DNA from: a virus
Virus record (IMG/VR): IMGVR_UViG_3300025108_000022
Coordinates: 38,648 to 102,647 of that record
DNA length: 64,000 nucleotides
Strand: one strand, 5' to 3'
The notes below the pieces were generated by a model. The model ran no database searches and was not told the origin of the DNA. It saw nothing but the letters and a program-made list of their open reading frames with translations. The number at the start of each line of letters is the position of its first letter. Position 1 is the first letter of the stretch. Of the stretch, positions 8,943 to 17,975 are shown one piece after another. The position numbers and the translations under genes are program-made.

Positions 8943-11183
8943 ATGGCTGTAAATCAAGTATTCAAGGGCGACATTGTTGAAGTGTCGTTCGGAAAAGAAA
9001 CCGGACTGTATGGGCAAGGAACGAATGTCACTTCGGGGACTGGTGCTACTGCTGGTTGGAATACAGTGACCGCTGGCAACAACACCACCATTAGCCTCGG
9101 AGCAGGAATGTATTGGGTTGGCTTGAATGCGGCGGGAAACGCACCTCACGCCCTTATTCCCGACGGAATGCTCACAGGCGCAACGCTTAGGATTTATTCA
9201 TCGGGAAGCAACACCAATTTCAACGCAGATCACTATCCTACGACCAAGCGCACCTACTACATCACCAAAAACAGTGGAAACACAATCACTATCACCCCTG
9301 CGTTGGCAACAACAGCCGACACAACCGCAGACACAGCCGACTACTTCATCATTGACGCCAACCGTGTCCCAACACATGACCCGGCTATGGGTGAAAACGA
9401 TCAACGGGTATTAACCGACCAATTCATCGGTCTTCTCAATTCATTCACACTCCCCGAACCCGAAGTGGAGATTCGCAAACAACACATCGTCGGTATGGGC
9501 CGTGATGTGAACATTTTGACCTCCGGCAAAGAAACTCTTGCTGGCGGTTCTTTTGATGTCAACGCCCACACCCTCCGCTACTGGAAATATGCACTTGGGG
9601 GTCATACAGCACGAAGCAGGGGAGAGTTCTCAAGTATCACCGGAGCAAACACCGTATTGACTGACTTGCCTCTTAACATCAAAGACGGTGCAACAGCCGC
9701 TTATGCGGCACAGGATGTCGGAGGTGCCGCAATAGATGTGAGCATCACAGCCACCGTCGGTGCAAATGGCTTAACTGGCCTTACGGGCACTGCTGGCACA
9801 GAAGTATTCGTTGGTGCGCTTTCAGTGGCCGACCTTGACGCTGGTGAAATCACCCTCACCAATAACGCAAGTGTGAGCCACGAATCAGCACCCGTAGCAG
9901 GGCTATTCAAGGTTCTTTCAGCCGACGGAAACGATGTTTTGCTTGGCTATTATACCGCAGGTGGCGGGGCATCAGCCACACTTACAGGCTGTGCTGATAT
10001 TGATACGGGGGCATTAGCAAGGGCGAAAGCCGCCAATGTTCCGATTTACCTTCTTGCTGGCATCACAGGCAACATCACTTGCGGTGATTTGCGAGTCAAT
10101 GTCGGAGCAACAAACGCCGCCAAGTTCACAATCGGCGACTACATTCAGATCTTTGACAAGGACACAGTGGTTATACCCGGTGCCGATGTCACCGCACCAA
10201 CAGTCAACAGGCACGAAATCCGTCGTGTTATCGCTATCGGAACCGCCAACGGTGGTGACGCTGGGCAATTGTATGTTGAAGAGGCTTTTATGTTCGATCA
10301 CATCGCCGCTTCATGTGGCGTTGAAAGGCTACAATACACATACAGCGACAATGAATACAGAAGAGGAAGCCCTGCGCTTTTATCCACTGGTGAACTCAAA
10401 TATGGTGTTGAACACACTTTCTTTGGTTATTCGCATGTTCCTACATTCGCTGTTGAACAATCATTCCGTTCTTCGGATTCAACACCGGGAGCCAATCAAT
10501 TGCTTCGTGTTTTCAGTGGTTGTAAAATGGGCGACTTGAACCTTGCCGCTGACAGCGAAGGGGAATTGAAACTAAGTGGATCCTTTGAATCCACACGCAT
10601 GTTCAAAGACACTGCCTCAAAGTTCATCACACCACACCGAATGTTTGAGAATACTGCTAATACTCAAATTAAGCGAAGAGTGTCGGGTATTGCAGTGAAC
10701 GGCGAAAAGCCATATCTGTTTCAGCACATGCAATTCAGTGCCTTCGGTGCTTCGGTGCTTCGTGCCAAAACAGTGGACATAACAATCGCAAACACCAATA
10801 CAGCCCAATTTTACATTCGTGGCTCAAGTCAAACACACCTTGACGGAGATCAGGTTCAACAAGCGGCAACGCAGTTCGCATCGGAAATAACCGAAGCCGC
10901 CCGTGAATACACTTTCAAGTTCTCCGCACTTGTTGAGGATGATCGCTGGTTTGAACAATTGCGAACACGCAAGCACCACATTAACTCAAACGATTGCACG
11001 CTGACTTTGACAAAATCCGGCGCACATGCCACTCGCCAAAACGCAACAATCACACTTGAAGACTATACAGTCACGAAGGCCGAACATCCGGTGCCGGATG
11101 ATAAAGGGCCAGTCACAGCGACCGTGGAGTTCGCTGTTCGCCACTTGAAGGTGGCCGAAACTTCTCCATACTTCGTCGTTTGA
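8943..11183 (+). CDS. Major tail (tube) protein with inserted accessory domains
   Basis: EVSFGKET, LPEPEVEIRKQHIVGMGR, FSGCKMGDLNL, AAREYTFKFS, ITLEDYTV tube-like segments; position before chaperone and TMP. Confidence 0.7.
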   Translation: MAVNQVFKGDIVEVSFGKETGLYGQGTNVTSGTGATAGWNTVTAGNNTTISLGAGMYWVGLNAAGNAPHALIPDGMLTGATLRIYSSGSNTNFNADHYPTTKRTYYITKNSGNTITITPALATTADTTADTADYFIIDANRVPTHDPAMGENDQRVLTDQFIGLLNSFTLPEPEVEIRKQHIVGMGRDVNILTSGKETLAGGSFDVNAHTLRYWKYALGGHTARSRGEFSSITGANTVLTDLPLNIKDGATAAYAAQDVGGAAIDVSITATVGANGLTGLTGTAGTEVFVGALSVADLDAGEITLTNNASVSHESAPVAGLFKVLSADGNDVLLGYYTAGGGASATLTGCADIDTGALARAKAANVPIYLLAGITGNITCGDLRVNVGATNAAKFTIGDYIQIFDKDTVVIPGADVTAPTVNRHEIRRVIAIGTANGGDAGQLYVEEAFMFDHIAASCGVERLQYTYSDNEYRRGSPALLSTGELKYGVEHTFFGYSHVPTFAVEQSFRSSDSTPGANQLLRVFSGCKMGDLNLAADSEGELKLSGSFESTRMFKDTASKFITPHRMFENTANTQIKRRVSGIAVNGEKPYLFQHMQFSAFGASVLRAKTVDITIANTNTAQFYIRGSSQTHLDGDQVQQAATQFASEITEAAREYTFKFSALVEDDRWFEQLRTRKHHINSNDCTLTLTKSGAHATRQNATITLEDYTVTKAEHPVPDDKGPVTATVEFAVRHLKVAETSPYFVV

Positions 11184-11194
11184 CGAGGACAAGG

Positions 11195-11220
11195 TATATT
11201 AACAACAATGAGAAGGGTGA
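11195..11220 (+). promoter_or_regulatory. Putative TATA box (TATATTAA 11195-11202) and GGTGA SD (11216-11220)
   Basis: Same spacing as at 1846; ATG at 11226. Confidence 0.45.
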
Positions 11221-11225
11221 GAACA

Positions 11226-11582
11226 ATGGTAAGACTGACAGGATATGTGAACATCGCAGGGCGACGAGAATACTTGAATTGGACAATAGAAGGAACAAGC
11301 ATCATTGAAGGTGCTGGCCTGTCCAGTGGAGAAATCGTTGTCCATGCTGACGCTCCTGTCGCTTCACCCGCCCCTGCAACACCAGCAACACCGGAATTGG
11401 CCCCAGCGGAGCCGACATCATACGACGACATGAACAAGACCGAATTACAGGTCTTGTGTAGTCAGCGTGAACTGTCAACCGCAGGAACCAAAGCCGACTT
11501 GATTGCTCGTTTGAACGAAGGCGATGAAGCCGAACCAGCAACCGAAGGTGAAACAGATGGCGGAGAAAGCGATAGCGAGTGA
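11226..11582 (+). CDS. SAP-domain protein
   Basis: YDDMNKTELQVLCSQRELSTAGTKADLIARL matches the SAP motif; Pro/Ala linker. Confidence 0.75.
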   Translation: MVRLTGYVNIAGRREYLNWTIEGTSIIEGAGLSSGEIVVHADAPVASPAPATPATPELAPAEPTSYDDMNKTELQVLCSQRELSTAGTKADLIARLNEGDEAEPATEGETDGGESDSE

Positions 11583-11922
11583 TTTAATCACAGGCACAGA
11601 TGCAGAAGAAACGAGAGTGGAAACACCATACGGGGAAATGACCCTTTGGATCCGCCCTCTTTCTTGGGTTGATCGGCAAAAAGCACTGACGAAGTTCGTG
11701 TCCTTGTCGGCTGACGGGGACGGAAATATGGCTCCGAAAATTGACTTCGGGGGCTACTGGAAGTTCGTTCTCACGACCTGCATTGAGCGCACAGAACCCG
11801 CACTCACGACAAAGCAATTGCTGAACATTCGCCCCGAAGTCGGTGCCGCAATACAGGCTGTATTGCCTTCATTTGAGGATTTGATGGCCGGTATGGCCGG
11901 TGCAAGCGGCCCTTTGGAATAA
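11557..11922 (+). CDS. Tail assembly chaperone (lambda gpG-like)
   Basis: GGTGA SD; lies between tail tube and TMP; ends with slippery heptamer C CCT TTG. Confidence 0.7.
   Translation: MAEKAIASDLITGTDAEETRVETPYGEMTLWIRPLSWVDRQKALTKFVSLSADGDGNMAPKIDFGGYWKFVLTTCIERTEPALTTKQLLNIRPEVGAAIQAVLPSFEDLMAGMAGASGPLE
11910..11916 (+). other. Predicted -1 programmed ribosomal frameshift site (CCCTTTG)
   Basis: X XXY YYZ heptamer in correct phase; the -1 frame is open from 11910 into ORF 11946-12251. Confidence 0.75.
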
Positions 11923-12251
11923 CCCTTGATGATGTCCGTTCATTTATGAAATGGGATGGAGAGGGCGAACTGCCGATTGACGATTACAAAATACCAGTTA
12001 TTGCTGGCAACATGCCCACCTTTTTTCTCGGACATTTTTTCAAGTGTGCCCCTTCTTCATGGGATCACTTGCCACCCGAAAGAGTCGTTTTAGACTACTT
12101 CACATTGTCGGCATATAAGGAGATGGAGGCCGAACAGATGGAACAATTGAAGCGTGAGAACACCGTCGGTGCAAACAAGGGGCGGTCAGTTCGCACTACA
12201 AGTGACTCCGACTTCTTTGAGCGAATGAATGCAAAACTGGGGAGTGAGTGA
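11910..12251 (+). CDS. Tail chaperone frameshift extension (gpT-like part of gpGT)
   Basis: -1 frame reads PFGITLDDVRSFMKWDG...; no clear SD before ATG 11946; ends overlapping the TMP start. Confidence 0.65.
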   Translation, partial: PFGITLDDVRSFMKWDGEGELPIDDYKIPVIAGNMPTFFLGHFFKCAPSSWDHLPPERVVLDYFTLSAYKEMEAEQMEQLKRENTVGANKGRSVRTTSDSDFFERMNAKLGSE

Positions 12252-13822
12252 ATATGGGAGCAGTAAAGAAACTCGATCTGGAGTTCGCTGATGGTGTGTC
12301 CACCCTTGAAGCATACAGGGACGCACTGGCTATTCTCCCCGATAAAACCCGTGTTCTTTTGAAGGTCTTTGGGCCTTTAATGTCCACCTATTTGAAGGTG
12401 GATTTAGCACTTCAAAGCCTCAACAAAACCTTCGGGGATTCGTCAAAACCAATTGAAGAACTTGGCGACACTATGGAGGAAAGTGGCGACAAAGTGGAAA
12501 AAAGTGGAGGTGCTATGGGCAAGGCGGTGAGCGTTCTCAACGCCCCTTTTGTAGCACTTGGTGGCACTCTCAAACTGGTCGGAAGCATGTTCAAAAGCCT
12601 GTTGTTGGGACTATTGCCCCTCATGGGCGTCGTCATGGCCGTCACGGGTATTGTCATGTTATTTGTCGCCGCCTTTGACGCTGGCGGAGGGAAACTGAAA
12701 CAATGGCTGGCTGATTTGCCGATTATCGGGGGGATGATGGCTACAATTGAAGCGGCGATCCAAGCGGTCAAGGACATTTGGGAAACACTGAAAGCCAACC
12801 TCACTTTGCCCGAAGGGACTGACAGCGAATCATTCTTCACAGGCATTATTGACGGGATCACGATGGTTTATGAGATATTTCAAGGCTACTGGATGATGAT
12901 TATTGAACTCATCAGTGCATACATCACTGCACTGGCCGAGTCGGGGCTTCTCCAAGCCATTATTGATGCAATCGTTTCCGTTTATGATTCTTTCATGGAG
13001 GCTTGGGACATGATCATGGGTGCCTTTGGCGACGGGGGAGTGCAGAACTTCTTTGATATGGTCGTCGGCTTGTTTCAATATACAATGGACTTTTTGGTGA
13101 GTTCGGGCATATTTGCATTCATTGGTGACATTATTCAATTGGTTGGTGAAATCATCGGCACAGTGGTGTTCCTTGCGGCGGTCATTATTCGCATCGTCGT
13201 TGAAATTGTCAAGTTCGTCTATCCGTATGTCGCACCATACTACAAAATGCTGATTGCCGCATTCGGCATGATCCTCACCGTCGTCATGGGTGTTGTTCGC
13301 ACTATTATGAAACTCGTCAGTGCCTTCGTCGCACTGCTTCGTGGCGACTTTGACAAAGTGGGTGAAATCCTATACTCAATCAAGGACATTTGGGTTGATG
13401 TGTTGGACGGAGTGATAGGCTTTTTCAAAGGTTTCATCAACAACCTCATTGATTTCGCCAGCCCTGCTTTGAAACTCATAAACAAGGTCATAGGTGCCTT
13501 TAACGCCATCAATCCATTCGGTGAAATACCGGAAATTGACATTGGTGGCCTCAAACTCGCAAAGGGTGGCGTAGTCAGTGGGCCAAAGTCCGGCTATCCA
13601 GCCGAACTACACGGCACAGAAGCCGTAGTCCCACTGCCCGACGGGCGCACTATCCCAGTCACCATGCAAGGTGGGGGCGGAATGGGTGGAGAAACGACAA
13701 TCAACATCAATGTCAGCGGCGCAAGCGGCGACCCTCGCAAGATAGCACGAATGGTGGGTGATGAAGTCGGGCGTTTGTTCAAAAGCCGTTCACGCACTGG
13801 TGGTTTCAGCAGGGGGGTATGA
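12248..13822 (+). CDS. Tail tape measure protein
   Basis: Amphipathic helical repeats with spaced W/F, hydrophobic segments, C-terminal LAKGGVV...ELHGTEAVVPL and TTININVSG. Confidence 0.85.
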   Translation: MNMGAVKKLDLEFADGVSTLEAYRDALAILPDKTRVLLKVFGPLMSTYLKVDLALQSLNKTFGDSSKPIEELGDTMEESGDKVEKSGGAMGKAVSVLNAPFVALGGTLKLVGSMFKSLLLGLLPLMGVVMAVTGIVMLFVAAFDAGGGKLKQWLADLPIIGGMMATIEAAIQAVKDIWETLKANLTLPEGTDSESFFTGIIDGITMVYEIFQGYWMMIIELISAYITALAESGLLQAIIDAIVSVYDSFMEAWDMIMGAFGDGGVQNFFDMVVGLFQYTMDFLVSSGIFAFIGDIIQLVGEIIGTVVFLAAVIIRIVVEIVKFVYPYVAPYYKMLIAAFGMILTVVMGVVRTIMKLVSAFVALLRGDFDKVGEILYSIKDIWVDVLDGVIGFFKGFINNLIDFASPALKLINKVIGAFNAINPFGEIPEIDIGGLKLAKGGVVSGPKSGYPAELHGTEAVVPLPDGRTIPVTMQGGGGMGGETTININVSGASGDPRKIARMVGDEVGRLFKSRSRTGGFSRGV

Positions 13823-13825
13823 CGG

Positions 13826-15076
13826 GTGCCGAAAATACAATTGATTCGCAAAGACGGGCAAGTCATTGAACTTGATGCAACCGATATAGGCATGTCAGTG
13901 ACCCGTGGTGTTTCTGTTTGGCCGATACCGATTATCGCCACCCGTGCCGCATTAGATCTCAACGCAAACATGCTCGCTATCACCATTAACGGTGTGATCA
14001 CTGACGACACTTCAAGCACAGGCGATAACGGAGCATCCTGCGTTTTGGATTTGTCAAGACCCACTGCGGTCTGTCTTTCTTGGCATGAGCAATTGAGAAA
14101 CGAATACGGTGCTTATGTTCTCAAAGATGTGTTGCATGGAAAGGAAATCATGTTTAGCACAGCGGGGCAAATGAGCGCAGGGCTTGGAGAAAAAACTGTT
14201 TTGCGTTTTGACAAAGCGAGCAATTTTTCAAGCAGTGTCGCAACCGAGTCCGTCGTTCGTGTTGACTTGTCGGGAACAGTGAACCACACGGGCCATGTGG
14301 CTACGGCAATAAAAACAGCCTTAGATGGAGGCACTGTCAAAGTCGGAGGTGCAAACACCGCAATAAGTTCACTCTTAACCACCACTCTTTCGCTCGGTGA
14401 GCAATCCGAATTAAGCGCAAATAAACAAGGGATAGGTGCGGCTGTCAACGAAAAGGTCACGATAGCAAACCTAACGACAGGAAAGGCAGGGAACTTGCCT
14501 CTTGTCAAGCGTGGTGCCATGCCCTTCTCAACAACGGCTGACTGGTCGCACTCATTCTTCACTTCGGCATTTACAGGTGGTGTGGACGGTTCACGCAAAA
14601 GCAAGGGGGACAAGGTGCAAGACCTCCTTAACATGACAATGAATGCAAATGTCGGTGGTTTTATGGTTTCACCTCAAGCACTGACTGGTGATCTTGTTGA
14701 AATGCCGGACTCACTATCGTCTTTTGACACATCAAAATTGCTTGGAATCAGTGAATCTTCGTCTATTCGCAAATACATTGTCGGTCTTCGCATACCGTAT
14801 GAATCAATGGTGACGGCAGGGGTCAGTGGTGAGGTATTGCGCCAATTCATCATTCCTTCGGGGCCGGGAACAGATTACCCGTCCGAAGAAAATACAGAAC
14901 CATTCGATCCGACCAACACAGAAGGCGGAGAAATCACAAGACCCAACCCGTTTTTCCGACAAAAGGTTGCTATTCCGGGTGTAGTTCAAACATTTCAACC
15001 TGCATATCAAGCAGGTGATTCGGTTTGGACTTATTCGCTCGGTTTTGCCGCAGTGGAACAATTGATTGGGGTTTGA
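13826..15076 (+). CDS. Putative distal tail/baseplate hub protein
   Basis: 416 aa directly after TMP; beta-rich. Confidence 0.5.
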   Translation: MPKIQLIRKDGQVIELDATDIGMSVTRGVSVWPIPIIATRAALDLNANMLAITINGVITDDTSSTGDNGASCVLDLSRPTAVCLSWHEQLRNEYGAYVLKDVLHGKEIMFSTAGQMSAGLGEKTVLRFDKASNFSSSVATESVVRVDLSGTVNHTGHVATAIKTALDGGTVKVGGANTAISSLLTTTLSLGEQSELSANKQGIGAAVNEKVTIANLTTGKAGNLPLVKRGAMPFSTTADWSHSFFTSAFTGGVDGSRKSKGDKVQDLLNMTMNANVGGFMVSPQALTGDLVEMPDSLSSFDTSKLLGISESSSIRKYIVGLRIPYESMVTAGVSGEVLRQFIIPSGPGTDYPSEENTEPFDPTNTEGGEITRPNPFFRQKVAIPGVVQTFQPAYQAGDSVWTYSLGFAAVEQLIGV

Positions 15077-15081
15077 TATTC

Positions 15082-17973
15082 ATGCCGATCAAAAAACTGC
15101 ATTCACAGGCCATTCGTTTTAATGGTTTCACTGACGGTATTGTTGTCCCTACGGGTGCATTCCGAGAATCGGGTGTGGATTTGTATGCCGCATCGCACAC
15201 TGAAAAAACAGGATCAACCAACAAAGTTCCCTCATATAATAGCGACGACCCCAAAATAGGGAGGCGACACATACCCAACGAAGGGAACGGTCTAAACAAC
15301 ATAATTGGCCCATTCACCATAGAAGCCTTTGTCATACCCGATAAAGGAGGCATAATCGTTTCAAAGGAAAATTGCTACACATTGGAGATAGGGAGTCCAC
15401 TTGCGCCTAAATCCGCTGTGTTCACCGTGTTCACCCGAAGCACTTCGGGTGCTAAAGACGCTGTGAATGTAGCCACTTCTTTCAATTTTCCCACTTTGAA
15501 TAACCCATACAGCATATTATTGACGGATGAAGGTTTTGAAGAAGGTGTTTATCAATTCAACCCAATTGAAGATGGTGAACAAGGGCACAAGCCCCATGAT
15601 TTAGATTTGCCTTTACAGCCATTGTTGTATTTGAACGCACAGTTCACTGGAAAGGACTTGCGACTTTACATCAATGGAGATTTGGTGGCAAAGTCGGACT
15701 TTGGTGGAGAGGAAAGAACAATTCAAGCGAGTTCTTCTGATCTGTTCATAGGCGGGCGAGGGGGAGAGTTCCGAGGTGTCATTGAAAGTGTTCGGATTAG
15801 CAGGGGTGTTGTAGCACCGAAACTCCAACCATTTACTAAACAAGACAACACTATGGGGCTATGGGATTTTGAAGATGAAGACGACACCCCCAACCTGTTT
15901 TTCGCTAACCATAAGAGTCCGGCACAGGCTGATTATAGCGGGAGAGATGGAGTCGGCCAAAGTGACGGGAAAATGTCGCACCCAATGGTGTGCGTCGGTT
16001 ATGATTTCACTAATGTTGCCGTCAGCGGCAATATAACCACCCCCTTGTCATTGACAACGGGCTACGACTACGCTACTTTCAAAATCCGTGATTTTGGGGG
16101 AACCAAGCCCAGTGCTTTGGAAATGCTCGCTTCTCATATCCTATCCATACCGATTGACGACTTGCCTCTCCAATCATGGTGGAACAATGGGACTGGTGTG
16201 CTTGACATCGGGGCACATGTCACTAAAGCACGCTATCATGCTGATGGGTTGCCAGTGTCAAACTTAAACGCAATCGTCAATGCCAGCGGCACAGATCCGA
16301 ACACAGGGGTGCCGGTATCAGCATACGACTATGAGGATTTGGCACAAGACCCCGCAGGTGGTGTCAGTCTTGACCCTATGGCGAACCCAATAGAACGAAT
16401 CCGCATAATTGCTCTTGACTTCAACGCACACGCAATAGTCGTGCAAAACTCAATGCTCAAGAACGAAGATGGAGTGGCCGATGCAAAAAGTCAAGGGTTC
16501 ATTTTCGCACACCCCGATAATACGCCCATTTGGTTCACTCTCGGAAACGGGGACTTATTGATCGATTTAGGCAACGACTTGCGCCCAGCAGGACAAATGA
16601 CAAGGGCGAGGTTCACTCAAGGCCAACGATTCAAGGACAAATCGGGTTTTGGGAATGCGGCATACTTTGTCAACACCCATTCAAGGAACACAAACGAAAT
16701 GAAAAACCGCCTTCAAAACATCGGTGGTTTAACACAAAACACCGACTATCCGCCAATGACGCCTTCATTGTTGCTTTGGCTTGATGCCGACGATCCGGCC
16801 ACTATGTTGAGGGGCGATATGCAACCCCTCATGGCGGTGACTGACAACAGCAATTACCCAGTGTGGTGGAAAAGTAAAGCCCCAGCGGCACCGGATTATC
16901 ATTTTTATGGCGGAAGCATGGTTGGAAACGCATGGCGTTGGATTAAAAACAACCCAAAGGTGAACAGTCGTGGTGGCCTCCAAGCCGCCGGAATAGCCGA
17001 GCAGGTCGGTGTCACTGAAATTGACCCCGGACTGGAACAAGCGGGTGAAATAAATACAAACCTCATACCACTTACACCCACCACCACTGAAAAATCCATG
17101 TGGGTCAACGGAGAGGGTGCATTCAATCAGCCGGGGAGAGTTCCCGGTTTTGATAGTGCGAACGGGCCAGCACCAACACCTTTCGCTGTCGTTCATAATA
17201 CGGAAATTGGTGGTGTTGCGACCAACAATGGCGATTTCACATTCTATTATGTTATTACACCGCAATATGAGTCCGGCGTCTTGCATTTGTTGAAAAATGT
17301 GGCAAACACACCCGACTTTCAATTGGACAACGGAAGTGGTGTCCCATCCATAGCGTATTCAAACATCACAGCCGCACTTCACCAAGACGGAAAGCCGACA
17401 GCAGGACAACCCTGTTTAGTCGCCATCACTGTCAACGGCACTGAAAATGGCCTTTACAAAATGTGGGCGAAAGGTTCGGGTGCTGGGGCAACCCACAGTC
17501 AAGCGTTAAGCGGAACACCAAATGCCGACCTTTCGTTTTTAGATGCCACCACTGGGACAGCGGGTTTAGAATTGTTTGGTTTCTTAACGCACACACCAGC
17601 CAGTGGCGGCGGCGGTGGCGGCGGCGGTGGCGGCGGTGGCGGGGAACCCGACCCCGAACCACCCGAAGAACCCGAAGAACCCGAACCCGGAGAGATTGGC
17701 GGAGAACCCGGATTTGGCGGAGAAGACCCCTTCAACCCCACCGAACCCGGATTTGGCGGAGAAGACCCCCCGAAAGCAGACCCCTTTGACCCCTTCAACC
17801 CCCCCGGAGGTGGCGGCGGAGGCGGCGGTGCCCCTTTTGTCCCCGAATCAAATACCGCCACTGCTACCGCACCGCCGGGTTTCATAGTTCACGAAGTATT
17901 GATTTATGCTGGTTATCACGGCACTTCTATGAACGATGTGCGACAGTATGTTGAAGACAAATGGGGGATCTGA
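15082..17973 (+). CDS. Tail protein with LamG/concanavalin A-like domains and a Gly/Pro-rich loop
   Basis: FTIEAFV, LRLYINGDLV, FRGVIESVRIS, LWDFE, LLLWLDADD, HEVLIY...YVEDKWGI. Confidence 0.75.
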   Translation: MPIKKLHSQAIRFNGFTDGIVVPTGAFRESGVDLYAASHTEKTGSTNKVPSYNSDDPKIGRRHIPNEGNGLNNIIGPFTIEAFVIPDKGGIIVSKENCYTLEIGSPLAPKSAVFTVFTRSTSGAKDAVNVATSFNFPTLNNPYSILLTDEGFEEGVYQFNPIEDGEQGHKPHDLDLPLQPLLYLNAQFTGKDLRLYINGDLVAKSDFGGEERTIQASSSDLFIGGRGGEFRGVIESVRISRGVVAPKLQPFTKQDNTMGLWDFEDEDDTPNLFFANHKSPAQADYSGRDGVGQSDGKMSHPMVCVGYDFTNVAVSGNITTPLSLTTGYDYATFKIRDFGGTKPSALEMLASHILSIPIDDLPLQSWWNNGTGVLDIGAHVTKARYHADGLPVSNLNAIVNASGTDPNTGVPVSAYDYEDLAQDPAGGVSLDPMANPIERIRIIALDFNAHAIVVQNSMLKNEDGVADAKSQGFIFAHPDNTPIWFTLGNGDLLIDLGNDLRPAGQMTRARFTQGQRFKDKSGFGNAAYFVNTHSRNTNEMKNRLQNIGGLTQNTDYPPMTPSLLLWLDADDPATMLRGDMQPLMAVTDNSNYPVWWKSKAPAAPDYHFYGGSMVGNAWRWIKNNPKVNSRGGLQAAGIAEQVGVTEIDPGLEQAGEINTNLIPLTPTTTEKSMWVNGEGAFNQPGRVPGFDSANGPAPTPFAVVHNTEIGGVATNNGDFTFYYVITPQYESGVLHLLKNVANTPDFQLDNGSGVPSIAYSNITAALHQDGKPTAGQPCLVAITVNGTENGLYKMWAKGSGAGATHSQALSGTPNADLSFLDATTGTAGLELFGFLTHTPASGGGGGGGGGGGGGEPDPEPPEEPEEPEPGEIGGEPGFGGEDPFNPTEPGFGGEDPPKADPFDPFNPPGGGGGGGGAPFVPESNTATATAPPGFIVHEVLIYAGYHGTSMNDVRQYVEDKWGI
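17605..17829 (+). repeat. Low-complexity GGC/GGT tracts, EP repeats and a 27-nt direct repeat
   Basis: Poly-Gly tracts flank EPDPEPPEEPEEPEP; GAACCCGGATTTGGCGGAGAAGACCCC at 17704-17730 and 17743-17769. Confidence 0.9.
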
Positions 17974-17975
17974 AT

